This document shows positions 41,745 through 51,853 of a stretch of 64,000 bases of DNA, in pieces. Position numbers and translations under genes: made by a program. This stretch comes from a candidate division TM6 bacterium GW2011_GWF2_38_10 (GTDB lineage: Bacteria; Babelota; Babeliae; Babelales; RVW-14). The stretch is from positions 37,490 through 101,489 of the forward strand of contig LBTY01000002.1 of assembly GCA_000992305.1 (NCBI GenBank). The letters are read 5' to 3'. The notes beneath the pieces are model-generated. The model saw only the letters and a program-made list of their open reading frames with translations, was not told where the DNA came from and did no database searches. How positions within the stretch are numbered: the stretch's first letter is position 1; every line of letters starts with the position of its first letter.

Positions 41745-43727
41745 ATGGAGCAATTAAGTTATTTATTGCTGTTTTCTTCGACCGGTTTGCTCGGTCTTTT
41801 GTTGACTGCACTTATTTATTCTCGTGTTTCACGTCGGAAAAATACCGATGCGAAATCGGCTCACATTGCATTGCTTATTCGCAATGGGGCTATGACTTTT
41901 TTGCGCAAAGAATATTCCGTATTAGCTGTTGTTTTGTTGGTTGTTTCAGGTATTTTGTTTTTCACTTTTGGCAGTATTTGTGCTGTCGCCTATGCGGTTG
42001 GCGCTGTTTCTTCGATGCTTGCAGGATTTGTAGGTATGAAGGCCGCAACCTATGCAAATGAATCAACAACCATTGATGCTCGAGATAAGGGTGAACGTTC
42101 AGCCTTTTTGACAGCATTGCTTGGTGGATCGGTTATGGGATTTGTGGTAGCAAGTCTTGGTCTTTTGTGTATGGGCGCATTGTTTTATTTGTATGGACAA
42201 GATTTAAGCTTTGCTAATATAATTACATGCTTTGGATTTGGAGCTAGCTCGCTTGCGTTTTTTGCTCGTGTTGGTGGTGGTATCTATACTAAATCAGCTG
42301 ACGTTGGAGCAGACTTGGTAGGTAAAGTTGAAATGGGCATACCTGAGGATGATCCTCGTAATCCAGCTGTTATTGCAGATAACGTTGGTGATTGTGTTGG
42401 CGATACTGCTGGTATGGGCGCAGATATTTACGAATCTTATGTTGGCTCTATGGTTGGTGCTATGGTTTTGGCGGTAGCCCAATTTGCGGGTGATATTCGT
42501 TATATGGCATTGCCAATTGGTCTTTGCGCTGTTGGTTTATTGGCTTCTATTCTTGGTCTTTGTTCTGCTTTTATTTTAAAATCAAAAATTTCATCATTGT
42601 TACACCATACAACAACGATAGCAATTGGCTTTTTTATTGTTGGCGCTTATGTGTACATGTCCGCATTGAACATTGATATGGTGTATCTTGGCTCAATTAT
42701 TCTTGGCGCGGCATCAGGCCTTATTATTGGTGCGGCGACTGATTACTATACCAGCAAGGCTCCAATTAAGCGTTTGGCCGAAGCGTCAAATTCTGGTGCT
42801 GGTACAAACTTAATTTATGGCTTGGCTATTGGATTTGAATCGGTAGTTATTCCAGTTTCTGCAATTGCGTTGATTGTTTTTGTTGCTTACAATAATTTTG
42901 GTGGTGTTTTTGGCGTTTCGCTTGCCGCTATTTCATTGCTTTCAACAGTTGCAATAACCATGACGGTTGATGCGTATGGTCCTATTGCTGATAATGCTGG
43001 TGGTATTTCTGAAATGTCTGGTTTTGGTCCAGAGGTTCGTAAAATTACAGATAAGCTTGACTCACTTGGTAATATGACAGCTGCTCTTGGTAAAGGTTTT
43101 GCGATTGGTTCTGCTGCCTTTGCAGCGCTTTCTTTGTTTGTAGCGTATAGCCAAGAAGCTCATATTACAACGTTAGATTTGTTACATCCTGCGGTTATTA
43201 CAGGACTCTTTTTGGGAAGCATTTTGCCATTTTTGATTTCTGCTTTGACTATGAAGTCGGTAGGTAACGCTGCTTGGAAAATGGTTATGGAAGTTCGTCG
43301 ACAATTTAAAGAAATTCCAGGACTTATGGAAGGTAAAGCTGAAGCCGATTATAACCGTTGCATTGACATTAGCACTCGTGCCGCATTGATAGAAATGATT
43401 CTTCCTGGGGTTCTTTTGCTTGCGGCTCCTGTTGTTATCCGTTTTGGTTTTGGCGTGCAAGGTAAAATGGCGCTTGGCGGATTTTTAGCTGGTTCAACCT
43501 TGTGTGGTATCGTTTTAGCGTTAACGATGGCTAACGCTGGTGGTGCATGGGATAATGCTAAAAAGTATATTGAAGCTGGCAATTTTGGCGGCAAGGGTTC
43601 TCCTGCACATAAGGCGGCCGTTGTTGGTGATACGGTAGGCGATCCATTTAAAGATACATCCGGACCTTCTTTGAATATTTTGATTAAGTTAATGTCAATT
43701 TTGTCATTGTTACTTGCGATGATTTAA
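41745..43727 (+). CDS. hppA: Membrane-bound K+-stimulated (likely Na+) pyrophosphatase
   Basis: GGGIYTKSADVGADLVGKVE, EDDPRNP, GNMTAA, GGAWDNAKK, GDPFKDTSGP; SD AGGAG. Confidence 0.96.
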   Translation: MEQLSYLLLFSSTGLLGLLLTALIYSRVSRRKNTDAKSAHIALLIRNGAMTFLRKEYSVLAVVLLVVSGILFFTFGSICAVAYAVGAVSSMLAGFVGMKAATYANESTTIDARDKGERSAFLTALLGGSVMGFVVASLGLLCMGALFYLYGQDLSFANIITCFGFGASSLAFFARVGGGIYTKSADVGADLVGKVEMGIPEDDPRNPAVIADNVGDCVGDTAGMGADIYESYVGSMVGAMVLAVAQFAGDIRYMALPIGLCAVGLLASILGLCSAFILKSKISSLLHHTTTIAIGFFIVGAYVYMSALNIDMVYLGSIILGAASGLIIGAATDYYTSKAPIKRLAEASNSGAGTNLIYGLAIGFESVVIPVSAIALIVFVAYNNFGGVFGVSLAAISLLSTVAITMTVDAYGPIADNAGGISEMSGFGPEVRKITDKLDSLGNMTAALGKGFAIGSAAFAALSLFVAYSQEAHITTLDLLHPAVITGLFLGSILPFLISALTMKSVGNAAWKMVMEVRRQFKEIPGLMEGKAEADYNRCIDISTRAALIEMILPGVLLLAAPVVIRFGFGVQGKMALGGFLAGSTLCGIVLALTMANAGGAWDNAKKYIEAGNFGGKGSPAHKAAVVGDTVGDPFKDTSGPSLNILIKLMSILSLLLAMI

Positions 43728-43748
43728 ATTTGATTCTGAAATACTATG

Positions 43749-43785
43749 AAAAAAGGACCCGCATAAGCTGCGGGTCCTTTTTTTT
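43749..43785. terminator. Bidirectional intrinsic terminator
   Basis: A6-GGACCCGCA-TAAGC-TGCGGGTCC-T8 between convergent genes. Confidence 0.88.
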
Positions 43786-43794
43786 ATGCTAAGA

Positions 43795-45093
43795 TTATAA
43801 AGCGTTATTGTAATCAAGGGCGCCCGAAATAACATCAATGCATGCGTCGGGCATAACAATGATGGCAATATTGTCAGCGACGGTTCCATTTCCAAGCGCT
43901 ATAGCTTCTTCTTTTGTTGTTCCGCTGCCTGAGATATAATTTTTGTGATCAAAAAAGAGTGATCCTTTGGTAAAGCGCAGTCCGGTCGAGGAGGAGTAAA
44001 TAGTATTTCCGTTAAAAAAGATTTGCGATGTTACGTCGTGCATGGTAATAAGATCGCGATCATTGACTCCCGGGTTATAGTAAAAATTACTTCCCGTATC
44101 AAAAAAACAGCGAGCAAAGCGCTCAATAATCATGGGCTTTTCTGCTTGGAATTTGAAGGAATTATTTCCTTGTATGCAAACATTTTTTTCAATGAAAAGC
44201 TTGCCGGTGTTAAATTCTATATCGCTTGTCAAGTTGAGTGTGACATTTTCAAGCGTTAGCGTGGCATCATTTGCTTGCGGCAGAATATTGTTTGGATTGG
44301 TAATAACAATAGTCATATTCTTTAAGGTTAATGAGACGGTGGAGTCAATAAGGAGTTGTGCTCCATTCTCAAATGATAATGTTGTATTGTTACCGTCAAT
44401 GATGGTGTTGCCAACAAAGGTTAAGCCTCCGCCGGCCTGAGGTATGGCAAGGTTGTGTGAGAAGTTGATGGTATACTCATCTCCATTAATGTTGCCACCC
44501 GTGGAGAATTGTGCATTGCTTGCAAGGGTAAGGTCATGGGCAAGGGTGAGTGTACCAAGTCCCGAGTCTCCAAGATTTATAGATCCATTTACTGCAAGGG
44601 GCGAATGTAAAATAAGTTCTTTGTTGTCGGGGATAACGATGCCATTTTGTAGTTGTCGAAGCGATTTATATGTTTGTACATCCTGGGTTACAATCAGCGG
44701 CTCATCTTGTGTTGTTAATCCATACACAATGGCATTGCTGTTATGGCGAATGCGGTTTTCAAGGTTGTTCAAGCTTTGTGAGTTTAGAGTAACGAGTGCA
44801 TTACTTGTGCTTGTTACTAAATCGGTTGCGGGTGTTACCCCTCCCTGGCCGATAACAATACCAGAGGAGTATCCTTCTTTCCAATTGCCAGCATGTGTTT
44901 CGCCAAGATTTTTTATGATGGATAATTCGCTCCACCCGGAAACTTTTTCGACGTTGTCAATGCGTAGCGCCGATTTTTCGTGGTTTAGTGTGATGGTTGA
45001 GCTTTTGTTGCAGAATATTAAATTTTTAGCAGTGGCTTCAGAGTAACATCCTATTATGGTACTCAAGAGCATTATGTTACGAAAATAATTCAT
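43795..45093 (-). CDS. Exported beta-strand-rich (beta-helix/adhesin-like) hypothetical protein
   Basis: Signal peptide; xSNAxV repeats; G/N/T/L-rich beta repeats; SD GGAGGGG before ATG 45093. Confidence 0.7.
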   Translation of the reverse strand: MNYFRNIMLLSTIIGCYSEATAKNLIFCNKSSTITLNHEKSALRIDNVEKVSGWSELSIIKNLGETHAGNWKEGYSSGIVIGQGGVTPATDLVTSTSNALVTLNSQSLNNLENRIRHNSNAIVYGLTTQDEPLIVTQDVQTYKSLRQLQNGIVIPDNKELILHSPLAVNGSINLGDSGLGTLTLAHDLTLASNAQFSTGGNINGDEYTINFSHNLAIPQAGGGLTFVGNTIIDGNNTTLSFENGAQLLIDSTVSLTLKNMTIVITNPNNILPQANDATLTLENVTLNLTSDIEFNTGKLFIEKNVCIQGNNSFKFQAEKPMIIERFARCFFDTGSNFYYNPGVNDRDLITMHDVTSQIFFNGNTIYSSSTGLRFTKGSLFFDHKNYISGSGTTKEEAIALGNGTVADNIAIIVMPDACIDVISGALDYNNAL

Positions 45094-45280
45094 AGTCCCC
45101 TCCCCTTTATGCGGTTTAGTGTGCCGCACATTTACTATAAAAACTACAGACATTTTTCTAATGGCATTACTTTTTTAAAAAAACATTCTGGGAGGGGCTA
45201 GTTTTACTATAGAAAGATTTTCGCTTTAGAATCAATAAAAGAGAAAAAAGGTCTTTTTTGTTGCAACGATAAGCCTTTAT

Positions 45281-45733
45281 TTATTTTACCGTTTGTAAAA
45301 GTTTTTTCTCTTGTTCCTGCATGAGTGCCCAATCGTTATCTTGTAGGTGATCATAGCCTAAAAGATGGGCAATCCCATGGGCAACGAGGGCTACCAAATG
45401 TTCTCTAAATGGTCGAGCCCATGTGGCGGGGGCGTCTTTGAGTGCGTATTCAAGCGAAATAATAAGGTCACCAAGATATTTTTCGTCATCCGATAATGGT
45501 TTTATTTTTTGCCCTGGTTTGAGTTTAGGATAGTAAGGGAACGAGAGGATATCGGTTGGCTTATCTTTTCCTCGAAATTTTTTATTAAAAACACGAATGC
45601 TTTTGTTGGTTGTAAGCAAGATACTTAGATCAAAATCTGGATAGCCGGCTGCCAGCAGCATTGCGCTGGCAGCGTCGGCAAGTTGTTGCGTATTAACTGG
45701 TATTTTTCGTTGTCTGTTTTTGATGTTAATCAT
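45281..45733 (-). CDS. ybeY: rRNA maturation endoribonuclease YbeY
   Basis: RGKDKPTDILSF, LGDLIIS, HGIAHLLGYDH. Confidence 0.96.
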   Translation of the reverse strand: MINIKNRQRKIPVNTQQLADAASAMLLAAGYPDFDLSILLTTNKSIRVFNKKFRGKDKPTDILSFPYYPKLKPGQKIKPLSDDEKYLGDLIISLEYALKDAPATWARPFREHLVALVAHGIAHLLGYDHLQDNDWALMQEQEKKLLQTVK

Positions 45734-45750
45734 AGGGGCTTTTTTCTTTC

Positions 45751-48198
45751 TTAAACGTTAAGATGGACATCAAGACCTTCGGTAGTTTGTGAGCAGTGTG
45801 CGGCTTGTAGTTTTTCGTTGTGGTACGAAAGTGTTGATGCTTTGGTTATTCCTTTGATGATTTGTTCAAGATTTTGGATATTTTTTAAAAGGTCGCTGTT
45901 GTCCGAATAGAGCGCAAGTTCTTTAATATCAGCTTTGAGTGATAATTGATTTTCACTTTTAATTTTTCGAATATTGCCGACCAGTTCAACAATAGTATCG
46001 CCAAGCGTGGTGCCGTATTCAAAGTTGCTTGTGTAGCGCGTGGTGTCGATGATGGTTGTGTGAATTGAAACATTTTTTTCTTTGCTGCGATAAAGTTGTT
46101 GGTAGAGTGTTTCCGTGATGTGAGGTAAAAATGGTGAGAATAGTTGTAAAATACCAAATCCAACGGTGTAGAGTGTGGAGCGCGTTCCATTAATTTCATC
46201 ATTAGTGTAATTTTGTGGATTGAAAAATTGATCTTTTACCAGTTCAAGATAATTGTCGCAAAAAATACTCCAAAAAAATTGTTCAACACATTCAAGTGCA
46301 CTTGAATATTCATAAGCGTCAAATCGTTGAATATACTGTTTAACGGTGGCATCAAGGTGTTGTAGCACCCATTGGTTGATTGCGTTTAGTGCTGGAGTTG
46401 TTTGTGTTGGTTGATAATCGGTGATGTGTTGTGCGCAAAAACGTAAGGCATTCCACATTTTTGTAATCAAGCGCTGGCCTATTTTGAGTTGGTTATCGCT
46501 AAATGCAGTATCGGTTCCTAAGCGTGCACTTGCTGACCAATAGCGAATAACATCGGCTGGATAGGTTTGCAAAAGTGCTTCAGGAGAAGTTTTGCTGTTT
46601 TCTTTTGATTTTGAAATTTTTTCTTTGCCTGCAAGCACATGGCCTGAAATAACAATGTCATTCCATGGGATTGTATTGTGGTGATAGTGTGCTTTGACAA
46701 TCGTGTTAAATGCCCAGGTTCGTATAATATCGTGAGCTTGAGGGCGGATAGACATAGGCATAGAAAGATTTTCTGGCGATTGCTCTGGCCAGTTAAGATT
46801 GATTTGCGGCGTGAGTGATGATGTATTCCAGGTGTCCATAACGTCAGTGTCGGGTGTTATGTTTTTGCTTGCGCAATGAGGGCAGGCTCCGCCAGGAAAT
46901 GGTTCTTCTTGGGGGTCAATAGGCAGTTGTTCTGGCTGCGCGAGCAAAATAGCGTGACAATCATTGCAGTGCCAAGCAGGGAAAGGGATTCCAAAAAAAC
47001 GTTGGCGTGATATGCACCAATCCCAATTTAGGTGTTCAACCCAGTCTTTATAACGTGCTTTCATAAATGATGGATACCAGTTGATTTGTTCGCCACGGTC
47101 TAAAAATGCTTGTTTATACTCCAATATTTTTACAAACCATTGTGAAAGGATTTGGTATTCAATTTCTTGTTTGCAGCGTTCATGGGTGCTCACGGCATGG
47201 GTTATGGTTCGTTGGCAAACAAGCGCGCCGCATGCTTGTAAAAGCTCGATTATTTTTTTTCGTGCTTCGTGAACCGTGCAGCCGGAAAGCGGTCCTGTTA
47301 TGTCGGTCCATTTACCATCAAGGCCTATAGCTTGAATAAAGGGTAATTTGTGTTGTTTGAACCAGTAAATATCAGTTTGATCACCAAAGGTACAGCACAT
47401 AACAAGGCCGGTTCCTTTTTCAGGATCAACTTTACTGTCGGCAAGCACGGGAACTGTTGTGTTGAAAACGGGTATTGTAGCTTTTTTTCCAATAAGGTTG
47501 TGATAACGAGTATCATCTGGATGGCAAAATACTGCCACGCATGCAGGCAACAATTCTGGGCGCGTGGTTGCTATGATTACTGGTTTTCCATCGACCATAA
47601 AGGTGATATCATTGAATGTTGAGGTAACATCAGCACTATCAAGTTCAGCTTGAGAAACGGATGTGCGGCACGTGGTGCAATAGAGTGCTGGCTCATGCTT
47701 TCTATAAATAAAATCTTTTTTATAAAGGTCTAAAAACGAGTGTTGCGAAATTTTTCGGGCTTTGTCTGAAATGGTTGAGTAGAGTTTTGTCCAGTCAATT
47801 GAAAGACCCAGGCTGCGCCAAAGTTTTTCAAATTCTTTTTCGACTAAGGCAGTTTCTTCAAGGCATATGTTGATAAATTCTGATCGTTTGAGCATATGTG
47901 CTTTGAACCCGCGTTTTTTTTCAACAAAGCGCTCGGTAGGTAATCCGTTATCGTCAAAACCCATTGGGTAGAAAACATTAAAACCGCGCATACGTTTATA
48001 CCGTGCAATAACGTCCTGGTGGGTATATGAAAATACGTGTCCAATATGGAGGGAGCCCGAAACAGTTGGGGGAGGTGTGTCGATGCTTACGGTTTGCTTG
48101 GTGGGATGAGGGGTGAAAAGATAAATTTTTTCATCATCCCAGAGTTGCTGGGCATTTTTTTCACATGTTTGACTGTCATAAATTTTATTCATTTCCAT
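45751..48198 (-). CDS. valS: Valine--tRNA ligase (short, archaeal/type-2)
   Basis: DTPPPTVSGSLHIGH, WDWCISRQR, PQAHDIIRTW, KISKS. Confidence 0.95.
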   Translation of the reverse strand: MEMNKIYDSQTCEKNAQQLWDDEKIYLFTPHPTKQTVSIDTPPPTVSGSLHIGHVFSYTHQDVIARYKRMRGFNVFYPMGFDDNGLPTERFVEKKRGFKAHMLKRSEFINICLEETALVEKEFEKLWRSLGLSIDWTKLYSTISDKARKISQHSFLDLYKKDFIYRKHEPALYCTTCRTSVSQAELDSADVTSTFNDITFMVDGKPVIIATTRPELLPACVAVFCHPDDTRYHNLIGKKATIPVFNTTVPVLADSKVDPEKGTGLVMCCTFGDQTDIYWFKQHKLPFIQAIGLDGKWTDITGPLSGCTVHEARKKIIELLQACGALVCQRTITHAVSTHERCKQEIEYQILSQWFVKILEYKQAFLDRGEQINWYPSFMKARYKDWVEHLNWDWCISRQRFFGIPFPAWHCNDCHAILLAQPEQLPIDPQEEPFPGGACPHCASKNITPDTDVMDTWNTSSLTPQINLNWPEQSPENLSMPMSIRPQAHDIIRTWAFNTIVKAHYHHNTIPWNDIVISGHVLAGKEKISKSKENSKTSPEALLQTYPADVIRYWSASARLGTDTAFSDNQLKIGQRLITKMWNALRFCAQHITDYQPTQTTPALNAINQWVLQHLDATVKQYIQRFDAYEYSSALECVEQFFWSIFCDNYLELVKDQFFNPQNYTNDEINGTRSTLYTVGFGILQLFSPFLPHITETLYQQLYRSKEKNVSIHTTIIDTTRYTSNFEYGTTLGDTIVELVGNIRKIKSENQLSLKADIKELALYSDNSDLLKNIQNLEQIIKGITKASTLSYHNEKLQAAHCSQTTEGLDVHLNV

Positions 48199-48477
48199 AA
48201 TGTTACCTTTTTCTACGCACATATAATGTTTCCATCTGCTGAAAATGTAGCAAAAAAGTTTTTCTTTGTCGTTGTTAATTTTTGGTATTAATCTAAAAGA
48301 TTGTTTTTTGTTTCAATATGTAAATATAGGTAGTACGGGAGCATAAAAAATGTTGGTTGATAACGCTATTTTATGAAGCTTTTGATATTTATTATAAATT
48401 ATGGTTAGCTTAGCTCCTGCTTTTTAAAAAGGCATAGTAAAAGTGTGTTGAGTTCTTCTTTGTCAAGGAGTGTTTTT

Positions 48478-50835
48478 ATGTTTTTTAATAATAACCGAAT
48501 TTTTTTAGGTTTTGTGCTTGTACTAAGCTTTTTTGGGTATCATGTGAATGCGATGCTAAGCTCTGAAGGAATGATTGATAAGCAAACATCATTGAGCTGC
48601 GCAGCTGATAGCCTACTTGGGAGGTTTGACGAATTTAATTATATCTGTAAAAAATTTTCTGAGTATCCGGAAAAATCAATGATTACCTGGCAGGGTTTTG
48701 TTGATCTGCTTGATACCGTTTGTATGATAATGAGAAATGAAATTACTCATTCTTCTTGGGTGGCGCATCATGCTCAAGATCCTTTGCAGAGACTTTCTAA
48801 TGGGCGACGGCATGTCTATGCACAAGCTCGTGTTGTGCCTTCTAACACAAGAATTGTTGTTATGAGTGATTATCACGGGAGTGTGCATTCACTTATTCGC
48901 AATATTGAGTATATGAAATATGATGAGTTATTGGGTAAAAGTAATTGTATTTCATCTTCTGGTATTTTGGCGCCGAATGTTATTCTTGTTTTTTTGGGCG
49001 ATTTGGCAGATCGTGGACATTACGGATTAGAAATGTGGGTTTTGGCATTACTTTTGAAATTGAAAAATCCACATAATGTTTTTTTGTTACGTGGTAATCA
49101 TGAAGATTTAGATTATGTTGCATCCAATAAGCCTAGTGGATTTAATCATGAATTAGCTTACAAGTTATCTTCAACGGAATTTGGAATGATTGCTCCAGCG
49201 CTTGATCAATCTATCAAATCACTTTGTGATGCTTACTTTCCTTGTTTGTTTGGTTATTTACCCCAAGTTTTATTTTTAGGTACCCATGGTGAAGCCAATG
49301 ATCCTATTTCATTTTTGATGTTTTGTCATGGAGGATTGGCATTAAGGTCATCAGAGTCCATTTTGGATAATGCCTATAGTGGTGGTGTTGCGGTAGGACC
49401 TTATTTGAGCCCTATGGATTTTCATCCACTTTTAGATCAAGCGTGTCAGCAGCCGGGAAAAAATGTTTCTTGTTTGTCAAAAGAGGAGTTATACCCATCA
49501 GGTTTTTTATGGGATGGGTTTGTTGCAGATGCTTGCGAGCCTTTTCCTACCGATATTGATGGATATCGTGGTTGTGATAAGCTTGTGCAAGGTTCGTGTG
49601 CTATGCATTATTTGCAAACACTGGGCAAAGAGGGGTGTTATTCGGTTGCTGGCATTGTTCGCGGGCATGATCATTTTGATTATGGTGTGAGTGTGTTAAG
49701 GGCTTTTGATTCGTTGGGGGAATATCGCGATTTAAAAAAATTTTGGAATACCGTTTATCGTCCTGTAGATTGTTGTTATGATGAGTGGCTTAAGCAATTT
49801 CCTATTTTTACGGTAACGAGTTTTGCAGAACAGACTCATGTTGATGCTTATGCGCTTGCATCATTTAATCCAACAACCAAAATATGGCAAATTTCGCCTC
49901 GTATTAATAAAGTGCCGGTTCAATTATGTGAAGTAGCACCCATTCAATCGATTGATACGTGTTGGAAAAATAAAAAGTATAACGTTCCATTGACCAAGGA
50001 AGGTTCTACAAAGCCAGTATTTATCCCGTATGATTTTTCGGTTAATAATATCAACAATATTATTAACAAGGAAGTGCGTGGGGTTCCTATTCCAGGGGTA
50101 TTTTTGTTAGATAAATCTGGGCGAACTATTTTTTCTCCTCAATGGCAAATTGCGTTAAACACAAGTTTAGTTGAATGTGAATTTGGGTTTTTAGGTGAGG
50201 CAGAATATGAATCAGGTTTATTAAATCAGGCGGAGACGGTAAAATGCTATGGCATTTGTAATTGCGATATGGTTGCGCTTGTTAGTGCTGCCCAGCATGT
50301 AAAAAATCTTTATCTTTTTGATGCGTATAAGGAGCTTACCGATTCTGCCTTTGGCTTGCTTTTTTTTATGCAAGAATTGTCTTATTTGTATATTGGAAAG
50401 GGCAACTTTTCTGATGCAACATTATTTTTTTTAGAAAAAGCACCCGTATTAAAATCTTTGGTTCTTGATGGGAGAGTAATGTCGGAAAAATCTTTGCAGT
50501 GGCTTGTTGAAAGTCCCTCATTAGAGGATGTTACTATTCGTGGATTTGGTTCACTTTCATCTAACGCTGTGGCGCTATTGTTGCATATGAAGCATATTAA
50601 AAAAATAACGATTGAATCTTGTCCGTTAGTTAAAAAAGATTTTTTTTCCCATGACCAAGAAATAGCATCATGTTGTCCTACCCTTGAAGAAATTATTATG
50701 GATGGAGAAACCATTTATCCAAAATCATTCATACGAGAATCGGTTCGCAATAGTGTTGCTCCTTCAACCAGGCAGCATGTTTCCCAAGGTGTCCCGTCGG
50801 GAGCTGGTTCGAGTAATTGTTGCTTGTTGATATAA
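48478..50835 (+). CDS. Secreted PPP-family Ser/Thr phosphatase with LRR region and C-terminal CaaX box
   Basis: Signal peptide; SDYHG, GDLADRG, RGNHE, HGG, RGHD; LRR-like repeats; ends SSNCCLLI; SD AAGGAG. Confidence 0.85.
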   Translation: MFFNNNRIFLGFVLVLSFFGYHVNAMLSSEGMIDKQTSLSCAADSLLGRFDEFNYICKKFSEYPEKSMITWQGFVDLLDTVCMIMRNEITHSSWVAHHAQDPLQRLSNGRRHVYAQARVVPSNTRIVVMSDYHGSVHSLIRNIEYMKYDELLGKSNCISSSGILAPNVILVFLGDLADRGHYGLEMWVLALLLKLKNPHNVFLLRGNHEDLDYVASNKPSGFNHELAYKLSSTEFGMIAPALDQSIKSLCDAYFPCLFGYLPQVLFLGTHGEANDPISFLMFCHGGLALRSSESILDNAYSGGVAVGPYLSPMDFHPLLDQACQQPGKNVSCLSKEELYPSGFLWDGFVADACEPFPTDIDGYRGCDKLVQGSCAMHYLQTLGKEGCYSVAGIVRGHDHFDYGVSVLRAFDSLGEYRDLKKFWNTVYRPVDCCYDEWLKQFPIFTVTSFAEQTHVDAYALASFNPTTKIWQISPRINKVPVQLCEVAPIQSIDTCWKNKKYNVPLTKEGSTKPVFIPYDFSVNNINNIINKEVRGVPIPGVFLLDKSGRTIFSPQWQIALNTSLVECEFGFLGEAEYESGLLNQAETVKCYGICNCDMVALVSAAQHVKNLYLFDAYKELTDSAFGLLFFMQELSYLYIGKGNFSDATLFFLEKAPVLKSLVLDGRVMSEKSLQWLVESPSLEDVTIRGFGSLSSNAVALLLHMKHIKKITIESCPLVKKDFFSHDQEIASCCPTLEEIIMDGETIYPKSFIRESVRNSVAPSTRQHVSQGVPSGAGSSNCCLLI

Positions 50836-50948
50836 CCAGTTACGTGTGCAGCGTGTTGCAAAATGTTCTTGTTTAAAATAATGGTTTTGGTATAACCAAA
50901 CAAATAGTTAGTTAATAGATAGTTACATTTTTTTATAGGATTTAAAAC

Positions 50949-51581
50949 ATGATAAAAAATATACGGTATACGTGGGTGCTTTTTATTACCGTCGTTAGTG
51001 TATTGTTGAGCGGGTGTGCTCATTATACGTCTCGTCCGTTTAGACAAGCAGGAAGGGATGGGCGTATACCATCGCTTATTGGGCAAGGTGACGATAAGGT
51101 TTCTGTGCATGCTCATGCATTAAGTAAGTCTGAGGTTTCCCATTATTTTGGAAGCCGTGTTGCGTCGCGCAAAAAGGCTACTCCCGTATTGCTTACGGTT
51201 AATAATCCCACCAAAAAAGTGGTTGTTCTTGATGCATGGGATATTGGATTGCATCTTCGCCATGTTGATGACGTGTTGCGTGATGTTAAGTATAATGCTG
51301 CTCAGCGCATCATAACATGGAGTGTTTTGGGGCTCTTTATTCCATTCTTTTTCATTTCTGCTGTTGTTGATGGGGTAAATTCTACTGAAGCAAATCAAAG
51401 CATGCAGCAAGATTTTTATGACCGAGTTCTTTCGTGTGATTCATACATCAAGATCTATCCTCATTCAACGATGAGTAGGGTTATGTTTGTACAAGATTCA
51501 TCATGGCAAAAAGAATTTAATGTTAAAATTGCTGATCGAAAAACAGGGCAAAAAACGACGATCAACGTTACAATTGCGTAA
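50949..51581 (+). CDS. Hypothetical lipoprotein
   Basis: Lipobox LSGC; internal hydrophobic segment. Confidence 0.75.
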   Translation: MIKNIRYTWVLFITVVSVLLSGCAHYTSRPFRQAGRDGRIPSLIGQGDDKVSVHAHALSKSEVSHYFGSRVASRKKATPVLLTVNNPTKKVVVLDAWDIGLHLRHVDDVLRDVKYNAAQRIITWSVLGLFIPFFFISAVVDGVNSTEANQSMQQDFYDRVLSCDSYIKIYPHSTMSRVMFVQDSSWQKEFNVKIADRKTGQKTTINVTIA

Positions 51582-51590
51582 AAGGTATCA

Positions 51591-51817
51591 GGTTCTGTTG
51601 ACTTTTGTGGTTTTATGTAAAAAAATGGATGGATCCTCGGGTTGCGGCCCTACGGGCTAAAGCCCTAATGTCCCGCCCCCAAGGATGACAGACTATAAAA
51701 CGGTTGTCATTCTCGGCTTTGGCCGTTAGGCCTCTTGACCGAGAATCCATTTCTGATGTATCTAAAAGGCAATATTATCATGTTAAAAATTAGTTACGTT
51801 AAAAAGTAAACAGAGCC
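51591..51817. mobile_element. Composite MITE-like element copy 1 (terminal inverted repeats enclosing a REP/RPE-type doublet)
   Basis: Left end GGTTCTGTTGACTTTT, right end AAAAGTAAACAGAGCC; internal TGGATCCTCGG..GGATGAC / GTCATTCTCGG..GAGAATCCA. Confidence 0.8.
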
Positions 51818-51853
51818 TAGTTGTTTATGAATTTATAAAAAAAAGGGCGAGCT

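Noticed and set aside
44444..45046. 200-aa plus-strand ORF
   Set aside because: Antisense to a well-formed gene; no recognisable motifs
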